Part shown: positions 1-9,016 of the stretch, in pieces
Layout of the letters: each line of letters begins with the position of its first letter
Numbering within the stretch: position 1 is the first letter of the stretch
Assembly (NCBI GenBank): GCA_040389905.1
Contig: JAZJZK010000009.1
Coordinates: 32,001 to 96,000 of the forward strand
Length of the DNA: 64,000 bases
Direction of reading: 5' to 3'
Origin: Gemmatimonadota bacterium
GTDB taxonomy: Bacteria; Gemmatimonadota; Gemmatimonadetes; Gemmatimonadales; Gemmatimonadaceae
Made by a program: the position numbers and the translations under genes
Notes under the pieces: generated by a model
Seen by the model: only the letters and a program-made list of their open reading frames with translations
What the model was told of the DNA's origin: nothing
The model's database searches: none

Positions 1-2
1 AG

Positions 3-1157
3 CGGAATCCCATTTTTACCGTGGCCGATGGCGTGTTCTGGCTGTCTCAGGTCACGGACCGCAACTCGGTGGTCAGGAAGCTTCAGGCGATGAAAGTTCG
101 TGGCCGCGCGACGATGCCTGGACTCCACACGTTCCGCATTACCAACGACGGCGTCGAGGTGTTTCCGCGCATTCCCGAGCAACAGCTCGAGCGGCGCGCG
201 ACGTCGAGTCGCCGATTGGCCACGGGAGTTCCCGGGCTCGACGAAGCGATGGGCGGCGGCATTCCAGCGGGGGACGCCGTGATGCTTGCTGGTCCCGCCG
301 GAAGCGGCAAGACGACCTTCGCCACCCAGTTCGCCGCCGAAGGGCTGCGGCAGAAGGAAGCGGTGATCATCGTCGTCTTCGAGGAGTACCCAGAGGAATA
401 CATCGCGCGCGCGAAATCACGCAATCAGGACATGGCCGCCTCGATCGAGGCGGGCAAGCTGAGACTGATCTATCTGAGGCCGCTCGATCTGTCGGTCGAC
501 GAAACGCTCGCCGAGATCCTCGAGGCGGTGAAGGACCTCGGAGCCACGCGCGTCATCATCGATTCGCTCTCCGGCTTCGAGGTTGCGCTCGCCCCAGCGT
601 TTCGTGAGGACTTTCGCGAGTCGCTCTATCGGCTGGTCGGTGCACTGACCGCCACTGGCGTGACGATCTTCATGACGACGGAGATCGTCGGAGAATACCC
701 TCACGTGCGCTTCACGACGGAGAAGGTGTCCTTCATTACCGACGACATCATCGTGCAGCGTTTCGTGGAATTCGATGGCGCGTTGCGCACCGTGCTCGCG
801 ATTCACAAGATGCGCGGCAGTGAGCACAGCCGGGACTTCCGCGATTACGAGATCGGTGCGAATGGCGCGGTGGTGGGCGGGCCGATTCGTAATTATCGCG
901 GTATCATGACCGGAAATCCGGAGCCGCAAACTGGACCGCCGAGTTCCACACACAAGGGGCTGACCCTTCAGGAAACGTCCGTGTTCGACGTGCTCGTGCG
1001 GCTCGGCGAGTCATCGCGCGAGCGACTGCGTGAGCGCGCTGGGCTGACGCCGGCGCAACTCGGACAAGCGCTCGCGCGTCTCGAGATGCTCGGCTACGTG
1101 ACCGCCGATGGTGATGGCCAAGGGATACGTGCCATCGCACAGCCAGGCGCTTCGTGA
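3..1157 (+). CDS. KaiC/RAD55-like RecA-superfamily ATPase with C-terminal winged HTH (5' partial, runs off window)
   Basis: Frame is open to the left edge (RNPIFTVADG...). TGVPGLDE, Walker A GPAGSGKT, FEE, Walker B IIDSLS, KMRGS; preceding KVRG marks the end of a first KaiC domain. C-terminal LTLQETSVFDVL...LARLEMLGYV resembles a wHTH. Confidence 0.88.
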   Translation, partial: RNPIFTVADGVFWLSQVTDRNSVVRKLQAMKVRGRATMPGLHTFRITNDGVEVFPRIPEQQLERRATSSRRLATGVPGLDEAMGGGIPAGDAVMLAGPAGSGKTTFATQFAAEGLRQKEAVIIVVFEEYPEEYIARAKSRNQDMAASIEAGKLRLIYLRPLDLSVDETLAEILEAVKDLGATRVIIDSLSGFEVALAPAFREDFRESLYRLVGALTATGVTIFMTTEIVGEYPHVRFTTEKVSFITDDIIVQRFVEFDGALRTVLAIHKMRGSEHSRDFRDYEIGANGAVVGGPIRNYRGIMTGNPEPQTGPPSSTHKGLTLQETSVFDVLVRLGESSRERLRERAGLTPAQLGQALARLEMLGYVTADGDGQGIRAIAQPGAS

Positions 1158-1158
1158 C

Positions 1159-2916
1159 GTGACCCACGCGACCGATTCGCACCGCTACACCGACGCGGTG
1201 GCTGGCGCGAGCACTCCCGCGGAGCAGGCATTTGCGGGCTGTCTGGCGCACGTCACGGCTGCGTTCGCCGTGACATCCGGCGTGCAACACTCGATCATTT
1301 ACGCGAATGCCGCCTTTCGCGCGCTCGTCGCGTACGGCGAGGCCGAACTCGTTGGCGCCATGCTGACACAGGCGGTGGCGCCGCGCGACGCCCACCTTTT
1401 TACGGCACTGCTCGACCGCGCGTTCCGCACAGGCCACGTTGTACGGAACAAACGGCTCGCGATCGTCAGCGATGCGCGGAAGCTCCTGTGTTGCACGGTC
1501 TGGCCGAGCCAGAACGATCGTGGAACGAGCGAGCACATGGTCATCGAATTGCGCCCGATCACCCGCGGAGAGCAAACGCTGGCGCTGCAACGCGACGTTG
1601 CCGAGCGACTCCTGCTCAGCGCACTGCGCGAACAGGATGCCGCGGCACTCGCCGAGGGATCGCGCCGCGCCGCGCAATTCCTCGCTCGGGAAAGCAGGCG
1701 CCTCGCCGAGTCGCTGCATGAAGCCACCACCAAGTTGGCCATGACCGCCATGTCGCTGCCGTATGTTGGCGATTGGTGCATCGTCGACATGCTCGATGAC
1801 GACGCGATCATGCACCGGCTGTCCATCATTCATCCGGACCCGGCGAAGCAGGCGATTCTCGAAGAATTGGACGGACGTTGGACTCCCGATCCGGACGACG
1901 AGTTCGGTTTACCCGCCGCGCTGCGCAACGGTGCCGCCTCGATTCTGGCCGATGACGTTGACGAGGCGCTCGGTACGGCCGCTCGGGACCCGGAGATCTA
2001 CCGCGCACTTCGCGAGCTCGGCGTCGGTCCGTTGCTCACCGTGCCGCTCGTGATTCGCGACCGGCTCATTGGAGCGGTCACGTTCGTCGGTGGTCGCAAC
2101 GATCGCCCGTTCACTCGGGACGACGTCCAACTCGCCGACGAACTGGCCAGCCGGAGCGCGGCCGCACTCGATCGCGCTCGTGCCTACGGCGAGGCCATCG
2201 CGTTGACCGCGCGCGCCGATTCCGCGAGCAATGCGAAGAGCATGTTCCTTGGGATGATGAGCCACGAACTCCGCACGCCGCTCAATGCCATTGGCGGCTA
2301 CGTCGACCTCATCGACATGGAGCTCCGTGGGCCGGTCACGGCCGCGCAACGCATCGATCTGGCCCGCATCCGCAGCAATCAAAGGTATTTGTTGGGGCTC
2401 ATCACTGACCTCCTCAGCTTTACGAAGCTCGGCAGCGGCCAGCTGACGTTCAACACGACGACCCTTCTGGCGACCGACGTGCTCCAGGCCAGCGCGAACA
2501 TGATCGAGCCCCTGCTGGCTGAAAAGACGCTCCGCTTCGAGCCCGTGATCTGTGCGCCGAATATCTATGCGCTCGGTGACCGGGAGAAGGTCGTCCAGAT
2601 TCTCGTCAATCTACTGTCCAATGCCATCAAGTTCACGGCGAACGGAGGGCGAATCGCGATGACGTGCGAGACGACGGATGCGTTCGTGCTGGTCCACGTG
2701 GCCGATGATGGGATCGGCGTGCCGCCAGACAAAGTCGAACTCATCTTCGATCCCTTCGTCCAGGTCAACGGCGGAGCCACGCGCCATGAAGGTGGCATCG
2801 GGCTCGGCTTGGCCATCAGCCGCGGGCTCGCGCGCGGAATGCGCGGTAACCTGACCGTCGAGACCGAGCTGCACCACGGGGCCCGGTTCACACTCTCATT
2901 GCCGCGCGCGGTCTAG
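1159..2916 (+). CDS. GAF-domain sensor histidine kinase
   Basis: GAF (DWCIVD...VPLVIRDRLIGAV), H-box MSHELRTPLN, NLLSNAIKFT, DDGIG, GIGLGLAI. GTG at 1159 directly follows the KaiC stop. Confidence 0.9.
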   Translation: MTHATDSHRYTDAVAGASTPAEQAFAGCLAHVTAAFAVTSGVQHSIIYANAAFRALVAYGEAELVGAMLTQAVAPRDAHLFTALLDRAFRTGHVVRNKRLAIVSDARKLLCCTVWPSQNDRGTSEHMVIELRPITRGEQTLALQRDVAERLLLSALREQDAAALAEGSRRAAQFLARESRRLAESLHEATTKLAMTAMSLPYVGDWCIVDMLDDDAIMHRLSIIHPDPAKQAILEELDGRWTPDPDDEFGLPAALRNGAASILADDVDEALGTAARDPEIYRALRELGVGPLLTVPLVIRDRLIGAVTFVGGRNDRPFTRDDVQLADELASRSAAALDRARAYGEAIALTARADSASNAKSMFLGMMSHELRTPLNAIGGYVDLIDMELRGPVTAAQRIDLARIRSNQRYLLGLITDLLSFTKLGSGQLTFNTTTLLATDVLQASANMIEPLLAEKTLRFEPVICAPNIYALGDREKVVQILVNLLSNAIKFTANGGRIAMTCETTDAFVLVHVADDGIGVPPDKVELIFDPFVQVNGGATRHEGGIGLGLAISRGLARGMRGNLTVETELHHGARFTLSLPRAV

Positions 2917-2952
2917 CCAACGAGCGCGAGCGAACACGCGGTCTGCTTCGCT

Positions 2953-5900
2953 TCAGGCGTCCAGCGCCTCCCGAATGCGCTGTAACAGGAACGCGGGCGA
3001 GAACGGCTTGGGGACGAACCCGGCACCCGTCTGTTCGACACCCAGTCGAGTCGCCGCATCCTCCGCGTATCCCGACATGAACAGGACGACCACCTGCGGC
3101 TGTTGAATCAGGAGCGCTTCCGCGAGCTGCAGCCCGTTCATCTCCGGCATCACGACGTCGGTGAGCAACAGGTGAATCGGGGTTGGATGGTGCGCGGCGA
3201 TCTCCAGTGCTTCCTTCCCGTTGCGGGCTTCGAGTACTGTGTAACCCTTGGCCGACAGCACGCGCCGCGCGATATCGCGAAGGGCGTCCATGTCCTCCAC
3301 GACGAGGATTGTCTCCGATCCCCGCGTGTTACGGAGCACCGCGTCATCCTGCCCGCCGCTGAGCGGCCGCGCGACCACTGGAAGGAAAATGCTGAACGTC
3401 GTCCCCTTGCCGACATCGGAATCGACGTGCAGGTAGCCGCCGGATTGCTTCACGATTCCGTACACCGTCGCGAGCCCGAGGCCTGTGCCTTCTCCGACCG
3501 CCTTGGTCGTGAAGAATGGCTCGAAGATGCGTGCGCGCACTTCGGGCGAGATCCCAATTCCGCTATCGGCTACGGAGATCGCGACATACGTGCCCGGCAC
3601 CACGATCGACTGGTCCTCCATCTCGTCCGACGTGGTGAGTTCGACCTCGCTGGTCTTGATGCACAAACGTCCCCCCTCAGGCATCGCATCCCGGGCGTTC
3701 ACCGCGAGGTTGAGGATAACCTGCTCCAACTGGCCCGGATCCGCTTCGATGAATCCGAGTGCGTCCGCAAGCCGCGTTTCGACGATGACGTCCTCGCGGA
3801 TGAGGCGCAGCAACATCGGGCGCATTCCGGTGACGATGCTATTCATGTCGAGGACGCGGCTTTCGAGAATCTGCTTGCGCGAGAAGGCCAGCAGTTGTCG
3901 CGTCAGCGCGGCCGCGCGGTCGGCCGCATCGCGGATCTCGATGACGTCAGGCCGCTGTGGGTGGCTTCCGGGGAGATCCTCGAGCAGGAACTCCACGCTG
4001 CCCTTGATGACCGTGAGAAGATTGTTGAAGTCATGGGCGACGCCGCCGGCGAGCTGCCCCACCGCTTCCATTTTCTGCGCTTGGCGCAGCTGTTCCTCGA
4101 GCTGGCGGTTCAGCGTCGTATCGCGAAAAACCGTATGGATCGCATTCCGTCCCTCAAACTCGAACAGCACGGACGAGACTTCCATGTGACGCGTAACGCC
4201 ATCGAGTGTGACCCAGCGCATATTCGTTGAGGGCACTGACTCGCCACGTCCAATCCGAAAAAGCCGGTCCTTCTCGGCGATCCTCGATTCCGGATGCACG
4301 AGCGCGATCTTCGATTGCCCGATGAGATCGGCGGCGGACGATGCCCCTAAAATGCGTGCCGCCGATCCGTTCGCGAAGACGATATTCCCGTCAACGTGAA
4401 TCAGGATGCCATCCGGCGAGAGCTCCACGAGCGTGCGATACTGCTCTTCACTCTCTCGGAGGGCATTCGCCGCGGAAACCTCCCCCGACACGTCAACGCC
4501 GTGCAGGAGGACTCCGGAGATAGCGCCGTCCGCCTCTTCCATTGGCTGGAGCACAAAATTCACGACCTGCGCGTGTTCCTCACCCGTTCTCCCGTGAAGC
4601 GTCATCGTCGCATGCGTGCCGACGTACGGCCGTCCTGTGGCGAGTACCTCATCGGCGCGTGCGAAGAGTCGCTTCCCGGAGTCCTCCGTGATCGCGTCCC
4701 TCCCCGCAATTCCCATCGGGTTTCGTCCGATGAGGCGAATGAACTCGTGGTTCGCCATTTCAAAGACGTGCGCGGGTCCGCGCATCACCGCGATAAAGGC
4801 CGGTGATTCCGTGAAGATGGCAGCGAGCCTGTTCCGCTCGAACTCGAGCGACTCGACCAGCCGAACGCGCTCCCGCTCTTTCTCCTGACGTTCGGTCACG
4901 TCGACGTTTACGCCCACCACACAAGTGATCGTTCCGTCCGCGTCGCGGATGGGCGCCGCAGAATTGAGGATGGACAGCCACTTCCCATCACTACGTCGCA
5001 TCTCGATGAGCTGGCCGTTCACCGCGTGCCCGGTCCGAAGCGCAACCGACGCCGGCCAGTCCTCTGGTGTCAACTCCCGACCCGTGTCGGCGAACCAGGC
5101 CGTGATGAGGCCGTAGTCCTTGGTCGAATCCGCATGCGGAAGTGGAGCACCCCAGATCTGTAGCAAGGCGGCGTTTGCGTGAGTAACGCCTCCCTTGGCA
5201 TTGGTGATGACAACGCCAACAGGCATTGCCTCGAGCGTTGCCTCGAGCAGCCTCCGCTCGAGTTGCGCCTCGGCGAATGCCGCTTCGGCCGCGCGCTCCG
5301 CCCGAACCCGTTCCGTCACGTCCGTCGGGAGCACGATCTGGCATGGCCGACCATCCAACTCGATCGAATGCAGTACCACATCGACGTCGATCGCTTCCCC
5401 CGATTTCCGCCGGTGCTTCGTGACACCCAGCCTGGTGAGGCCGGTCGGACGCGTCAGCTTGGCCGCATCGATCGCGTTCCGCTCCTGCGGAACGACGAGA
5501 TCGTAGGCGGACAACTCGAGGAATTCATCGAGCGCATACCCGTAGAGCGCCAGCGCAGCCGCGTTCGCGGAAATGCATCGGGTCGTCTCGCTCTCCGCAA
5601 CCCAGAGGGGCGCCGGATTGCTCTCGAAGAGCATGCGATAGCGCTCGGCGCTCTCGCGCAACTCGCGCTCGGTGCGCAGGCGCTCCGTCACGTTCTGATG
5701 GGCGACCATGACGCGCTGCGCGCCATCCATCCGGACGCGCGTCGCGTCGAGCGTGAACCACCGCTCCGCGTCGGGCGAATGACACGGATACATCATCGTG
5801 AAGCGGTCGCGCTCTCCCGCGAGCATCTGTCGCAGTCCTTTTGCGACGCCGCCGGCCGACTCATCACCGCCGAGTGCCGCTGTGTCGCAGACCTGGAGAT

Positions 5901-6519
5901 AGCTCTCGCCTCGCCCGGCAAGCGCCTCGGCGTATCCATTGTCCTCGGCGAACGTCTGCCACGCACGGTTGACCTCGATGATTCGTCCGCGCTCATCGAG
6001 AATGGCGACGTGATCGCTCAACGCATCGAACGCGGAGCGAAAGAACGCACGCGTGCTCCGCAACTCTCGTTCGATCCGGGTTCGCTCCAACGCGTAGCGC
6101 ACGCTCCGCTCGAGCGGGCCAGCCCGCAGCTCGGATTTTTCCAGCAGGTGCGCAATGCCGGCGCGCGATGCTGCTTCATCGACTTGGTGGCTTGCCATGC
6201 CCGTGAGCAGGACCACCGCCACACTCAGTGTCGAGCCGAATGCTTCCTCCAGCAGGTCGAGTCCGCTCCGCGCGCCGAGGCCATGATCCAGCAGGATGAC
6301 ATCGTACACGCCGATTCTGATCGCATGCAGCGCAGTCGCATAGCTGTGCACGCAATCCGTCGAACAGGTGAACCACGGAATCTCGGAAAGTGCATGCCGA
6401 GTCAACGCGGCGTCCTCCTCGTCATCATCGATGACCAGGACGCGCAGATGCGTTGTTCCGTCGTTCTCGGCGAGACTCACGCGGCGCGTGACGTCCATGC
6501 GATCGGCGAATTGCATCAC
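2953..6519 (-). CDS. Multi-PAS hybrid sensor histidine kinase with N- and C-terminal receiver domains
   Basis: N-terminal VLVIDDD/LLD receiver, several PAS/PAC domains, [26 protein letters not shown]-terminal receiver LLLTDVVMP. The GTG start overlaps the upstream stop. Confidence 0.92.
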   Translation of the reverse strand: MMQFADRMDVTRRVSLAENDGTTHLRVLVIDDDEEDAALTRHALSEIPWFTCSTDCVHSYATALHAIRIGVYDVILLDHGLGARSGLDLLEEAFGSTLSVAVVLLTGMASHQVDEAASRAGIAHLLEKSELRAGPLERSVRYALERTRIERELRSTRAFFRSAFDALSDHVAILDERGRIIEVNRAWQTFAEDNGYAEALAGRGESYLQVCDTAALGGDESAGGVAKGLRQMLAGERDRFTMMYPCHSPDAERWFTLDATRVRMDGAQRVMVAHQNVTERLRTERELRESAERYRMLFESNPAPLWVAESETTRCISANAAALALYGYALDEFLELSAYDLVVPQERNAIDAAKLTRPTGLTRLGVTKHRRKSGEAIDVDVVLHSIELDGRPCQIVLPTDVTERVRAERAAEAAFAEAQLERRLLEATLEAMPVGVVITNAKGGVTHANAALLQIWGAPLPHADSTKDYGLITAWFADTGRELTPEDWPASVALRTGHAVNGQLIEMRRSDGKWLSILNSAAPIRDADGTITCVVGVNVDVTERQEKERERVRLVESLEFERNRLAAIFTESPAFIAVMRGPAHVFEMANHEFIRLIGRNPMGIAGRDAITEDSGKRLFARADEVLATGRPYVGTHATMTLHGRTGEEHAQVVNFVLQPMEEADGAISGVLLHGVDVSGEVSAANALRESEEQYRTLVELSPDGILIHVDGNIVFANGSAARILGASSAADLIGQSKIALVHPESRIAEKDRLFRIGRGESVPSTNMRWVTLDGVTRHMEVSSVLFEFEGRNAIHTVFRDTTLNRQLEEQLRQAQKMEAVGQLAGGVAHDFNNLLTVIKGSVEFLLEDLPGSHPQRPDVIEIRDAADRAAALTRQLLAFSRKQILESRVLDMNSIVTGMRPMLLRLIREDVIVETRLADALGFIEADPGQLEQVILNLAVNARDAMPEGGRLCIKTSEVELTTSDEMEDQSIVVPGTYVAISVADSGIGISPEVRARIFEPFFTTKAVGEGTGLGLATVYGIVKQSGGYLHVDSDVGKGTTFSIFLPVVARPLSGGQDDAVLRNTRGSETILVVEDMDALRDIARRVLSAKGYTVLEARNGKEALEIAAHHPTPIHLLLTDVVMPEMNGLQLAEALLIQQPQVVVLFMSGYAEDAATRLGVEQTGAGFVPKPFSPAFLLQRIREALDA

Positions 6520-6959
6520 GCCGGCAGGTCGACGATCTCGAACCAATACTGTCCGAGTCCGCGCATTGCCCGGACGAGCCCATCGAAGGTTACCGGTTTC
6601 GTGACGAACGAATTCACTCCCAGGTCGTAGCCGCGAAAGACGTCTTCCTCCGCGGAGGAGGTGGTGAGGATGACCACCGGAATCTGACGAAGGGATTCAT
6701 CCTTCTTGATGGCCGCGAGGCACGCGAACCCGTCGCGCTTGGGCATCTTGATGTCGAGGAGAATCAGGCCCGGCCGCGGTGCGCTTCCAATGGCGGAATA
6801 CCGGCCATGCCCGCGCAGATAATCCATGAGCTCGTCGCCATCCTCCACAAAATGCACATCGTTCGCAACGCGGGCGAGCTTGAGCGCTTCGCGCGCGAAC
6901 TCGCGATCTTCCTCATCATCGTCCGCGATAAGAATGTGAATCGGTTGATTGTCCGTCAT
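6516..6959 (-). CDS. Single-domain response regulator (Rcp1-like)
   Basis: ILIADDD, LILLDIKMP, ILTTS, NSFVTKP; ATGA overlap with the upstream kinase. Confidence 0.92.
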   Translation of the reverse strand: MTDNQPIHILIADDDEEDREFAREALKLARVANDVHFVEDGDELMDYLRGHGRYSAIGSAPRPGLILLDIKMPKRDGFACLAAIKKDESLRQIPVVILTTSSAEEDVFRGYDLGVNSFVTKPVTFDGLVRAMRGLGQYWFEIVDLPA

Positions 6960-8110
6960 GCAACACACTGTGGAGGAAGAGGGGTGCGGCGTGCGATCAC
7001 CTGTGATGGCGCGGCGGGAAGCGTCACACGGAATCGGCTGCCCTCATCCGGCGTACCGTCTGCGCGGATCACACCGCCGTGTCGTTCCACGATCCGACGT
7101 GCGAGTGCGAGCCCCATTCCACTGCCAGCGTAGGCCGTCCGGCCGTTCAGACGCTCCAGCGGTTCGAAGATCACTTCGGCGTGCCGTGGCTCGAATCCGA
7201 TCCCGTTGTCCGCGACGCAGACGCCGGCTGATCCCTTCCGCAGCGTCGCGGCGTCGGGGTCGCACGCGTCAATGTCGATTGTCAGGACCACGTCGAGGCG
7301 ACGGAACTTCAGCGCATTCGAGATGAGATTCTGGAAGAGCTGACGCAGGAGTGTCGGATCACCTTCGAAAATCGGAAGCGCACCGACGGTGACCACGGCG
7401 CCAGCCGTGGCGATGGCAGACTCGAGGTCCACCAGAACGTCTCGTACGATCTGGTTCGCATCGACAGGGCCCATTCGCTGCGGGGCGGACAATCGCGCAA
7501 GTGCGAGCAGATCGTTGATGAGCGCCTGCATCCGCGTCGCCGCATGCATCATCCGCCCGACGTAGTCGCGCCCCAACGCCGTGGGCAGCGCGTCCGCTGT
7601 GCGCTCGAGCATATCGCCGTATGTCCGGATCTTCCGCAACGGTTCGTTGAGGTCGTGCGACGCAATCGCCGCGAACTGCTCCAGCTCCCGATTCGAGCGC
7701 TCCAACTCCCGCGAGCGCTCCGCAAGTGCGCGCTCCGCTGTCCGTCGCTCGGTGATGTCGTCAATGGCGAGCAGAATGAGGTACTCGTGTTGCTCCGGCC
7801 GAATGATCTCGCATGCATTGAGCAGCATCGAGCGCGCGCCGAGGAGAGGAAAGACGTGCTCGACGGGGAAGTCGGAGATTTCGCGATGCTTCGGAAGAAC
7901 GTCGAGCAATAGCCGACGAAGCTCGGCAATATCCCATTGTCCATTGCCGAGTTCGAACAGGTTTTGTTCGATCGTGGTGTCGGGGCTCGCGTGGAAGGCT
8001 GCGAAGTACGCGCGATTGGCGGCGACGACGCGGAATTCCGCGTCAAGGACCAGCAAGGGCTCGCGAATCGTGTCGGCGATATAGCCGCTGACGGCGAGGT
8101 GGCTCAGCAC
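6956..8110 (-). CDS. PAS sensor histidine kinase (phytochrome-kinase-like output module)
   Basis: REPLLVLD PAS, SNRELEQFAAIASHDLNEPLRKI, NLISNALKF, GSGMGLAL. Confidence 0.9.
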   Translation of the reverse strand: MLSHLAVSGYIADTIREPLLVLDAEFRVVAANRAYFAAFHASPDTTIEQNLFELGNGQWDIAELRRLLLDVLPKHREISDFPVEHVFPLLGARSMLLNACEIIRPEQHEYLILLAIDDITERRTAERALAERSRELERSNRELEQFAAIASHDLNEPLRKIRTYGDMLERTADALPTALGRDYVGRMMHAATRMQALINDLLALARLSAPQRMGPVDANQIVRDVLVDLESAIATAGAVVTVGALPIFEGDPTLLRQLFQNLISNALKFRRLDVVLTIDIDACDPDAATLRKGSAGVCVADNGIGFEPRHAEVIFEPLERLNGRTAYAGSGMGLALARRIVERHGGVIRADGTPDEGSRFRVTLPAAPSQVIARRTPLPPQCVA

Positions 8111-8238
8111 GGCGCTGAATGACTTCGGCGCTGGTGGAGCAGGGGGTCAATCAATTGTTCACGGTGGAGGCTAGTCGAGAGTCTCGGCACCGGACCTGGA
8201 ATTCTGTACCCTCTTGTACATACGTACGCCTGGACTCA

Positions 8239-8311
8239 GTACAAACACATACGTACGAAGTACCCGGAACCGTGTATCCGGACTGGCATCCACACCAAAA
8301 GGAGCCATCGA
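8239..8311. repeat. Left arm of ~73-bp imperfect inverted repeat enclosing the four-helix-bundle gene
   Basis: GTACAAACACATACGTACGAAGTACCCGGAACCGTGTATCCGGACTGGCATCCACACCAAAAGGAGCCATCGA is reverse-complementary to 8745-8817 (about 61/73 by hand alignment). Confidence 0.9.
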
Positions 8312-8385
8312 CACATGCGCTGAAATGACTCGCAGCTGCAACAGAATGGTGACGCATTGACGGGGCGAGGCAGGCAATTTCGGTC

Positions 8386-8739
8386 ATGCATGACTTCCGC
8401 AGACTTCGGGTTTGGCAGCTCTCCCGCGAACTTGCAGCGGAGCTCGGCAAGGTTGTCCAGACCTTCCCGCGCTCGGACCGTGGCGTCATCGCGAATCAAC
8501 TGCGCCGATCGGCCCTTTCAGTACCTGCGAACATTTCGGAGGGCTGCGGTGACGATTCGCGTGCAGAGACGCTACGCTTCCTGCGCATGGCCGTGCGATC
8601 CGCTACGGAAACGGAAAACCACCTCGTTGCCGCCGCCGACGCGGGTTTCCTCCGCCGGGAGGTATCCGATCGGTTCATCGAGAGGACCGTCTCCATTCAA
8701 AAGATGCTGCGAGCCCTGATCCAGAATCTCCCGAAATAG
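8386..8739 (+). CDS. Four-helix-bundle protein (23S rRNA IVP-like, TIGR02436/PF05635-type)
   Basis: F..LRVWQ.S, FP, QLRRSALSVPANISEG, FL..A..S..E family signature; 117 aa. Confidence 0.9.
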   Translation: MHDFRRLRVWQLSRELAAELGKVVQTFPRSDRGVIANQLRRSALSVPANISEGCGDDSRAETLRFLRMAVRSATETENHLVAAADAGFLRREVSDRFIERTVSIQKMLRALIQNLPK

Positions 8740-8744
8740 TTGGA

Positions 8745-8817
8745 TCGACGGCTCCTCTTGGGTCGGATGCCAGTCCGGGTACCTGGTTCCAGGTACCTCG
8801 TACGTCTGTGGTTGTAC
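8745..8817. repeat. Right arm of the inverted repeat, starting 6 bp after the four-helix-bundle stop
   Basis: TCGACGGCTCCTCTTGGGTCGGATGCCAGTCCGGGTACCTGGTTCCAGGTACCTCGTACGTCTGTGGTTGTAC; contains 7-mer units GTACCTG/GTTCCAG/GTACCTC/GTACGTC. Confidence 0.9.
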
Positions 8818-9016
8818 GAAATACCGAAGTACGTCAGTTCAGCCCTGCCCCCGCCAGATTCGCCCCTGAGCCCCCCGCGCGCTACCTTATAGCCACTATC
8901 ACGAAGATTCCGAAAACCGTCACACCCGGGAGTTCTTGACACCCCCGCCACCCGCGGCGAGTTTCACGCTCTGGCCTTTAGTTCGCCCGTAACCCAAGAA
9001 CCGACAACATCAGTTT

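Noticed and set aside
3..1157. Circadian clock kaiC
   Set aside because: No kaiA or kaiB in view, altered ST phosphosite and an extra HTH; treated as a KaiC-like family member only.
8386..8739. Diversity-generating retroelement or 23S rRNA intervening sequence
   Set aside because: No reverse transcriptase, no template/variable repeat pair and no rRNA sequence in the window; only the protein family resemblance exists.
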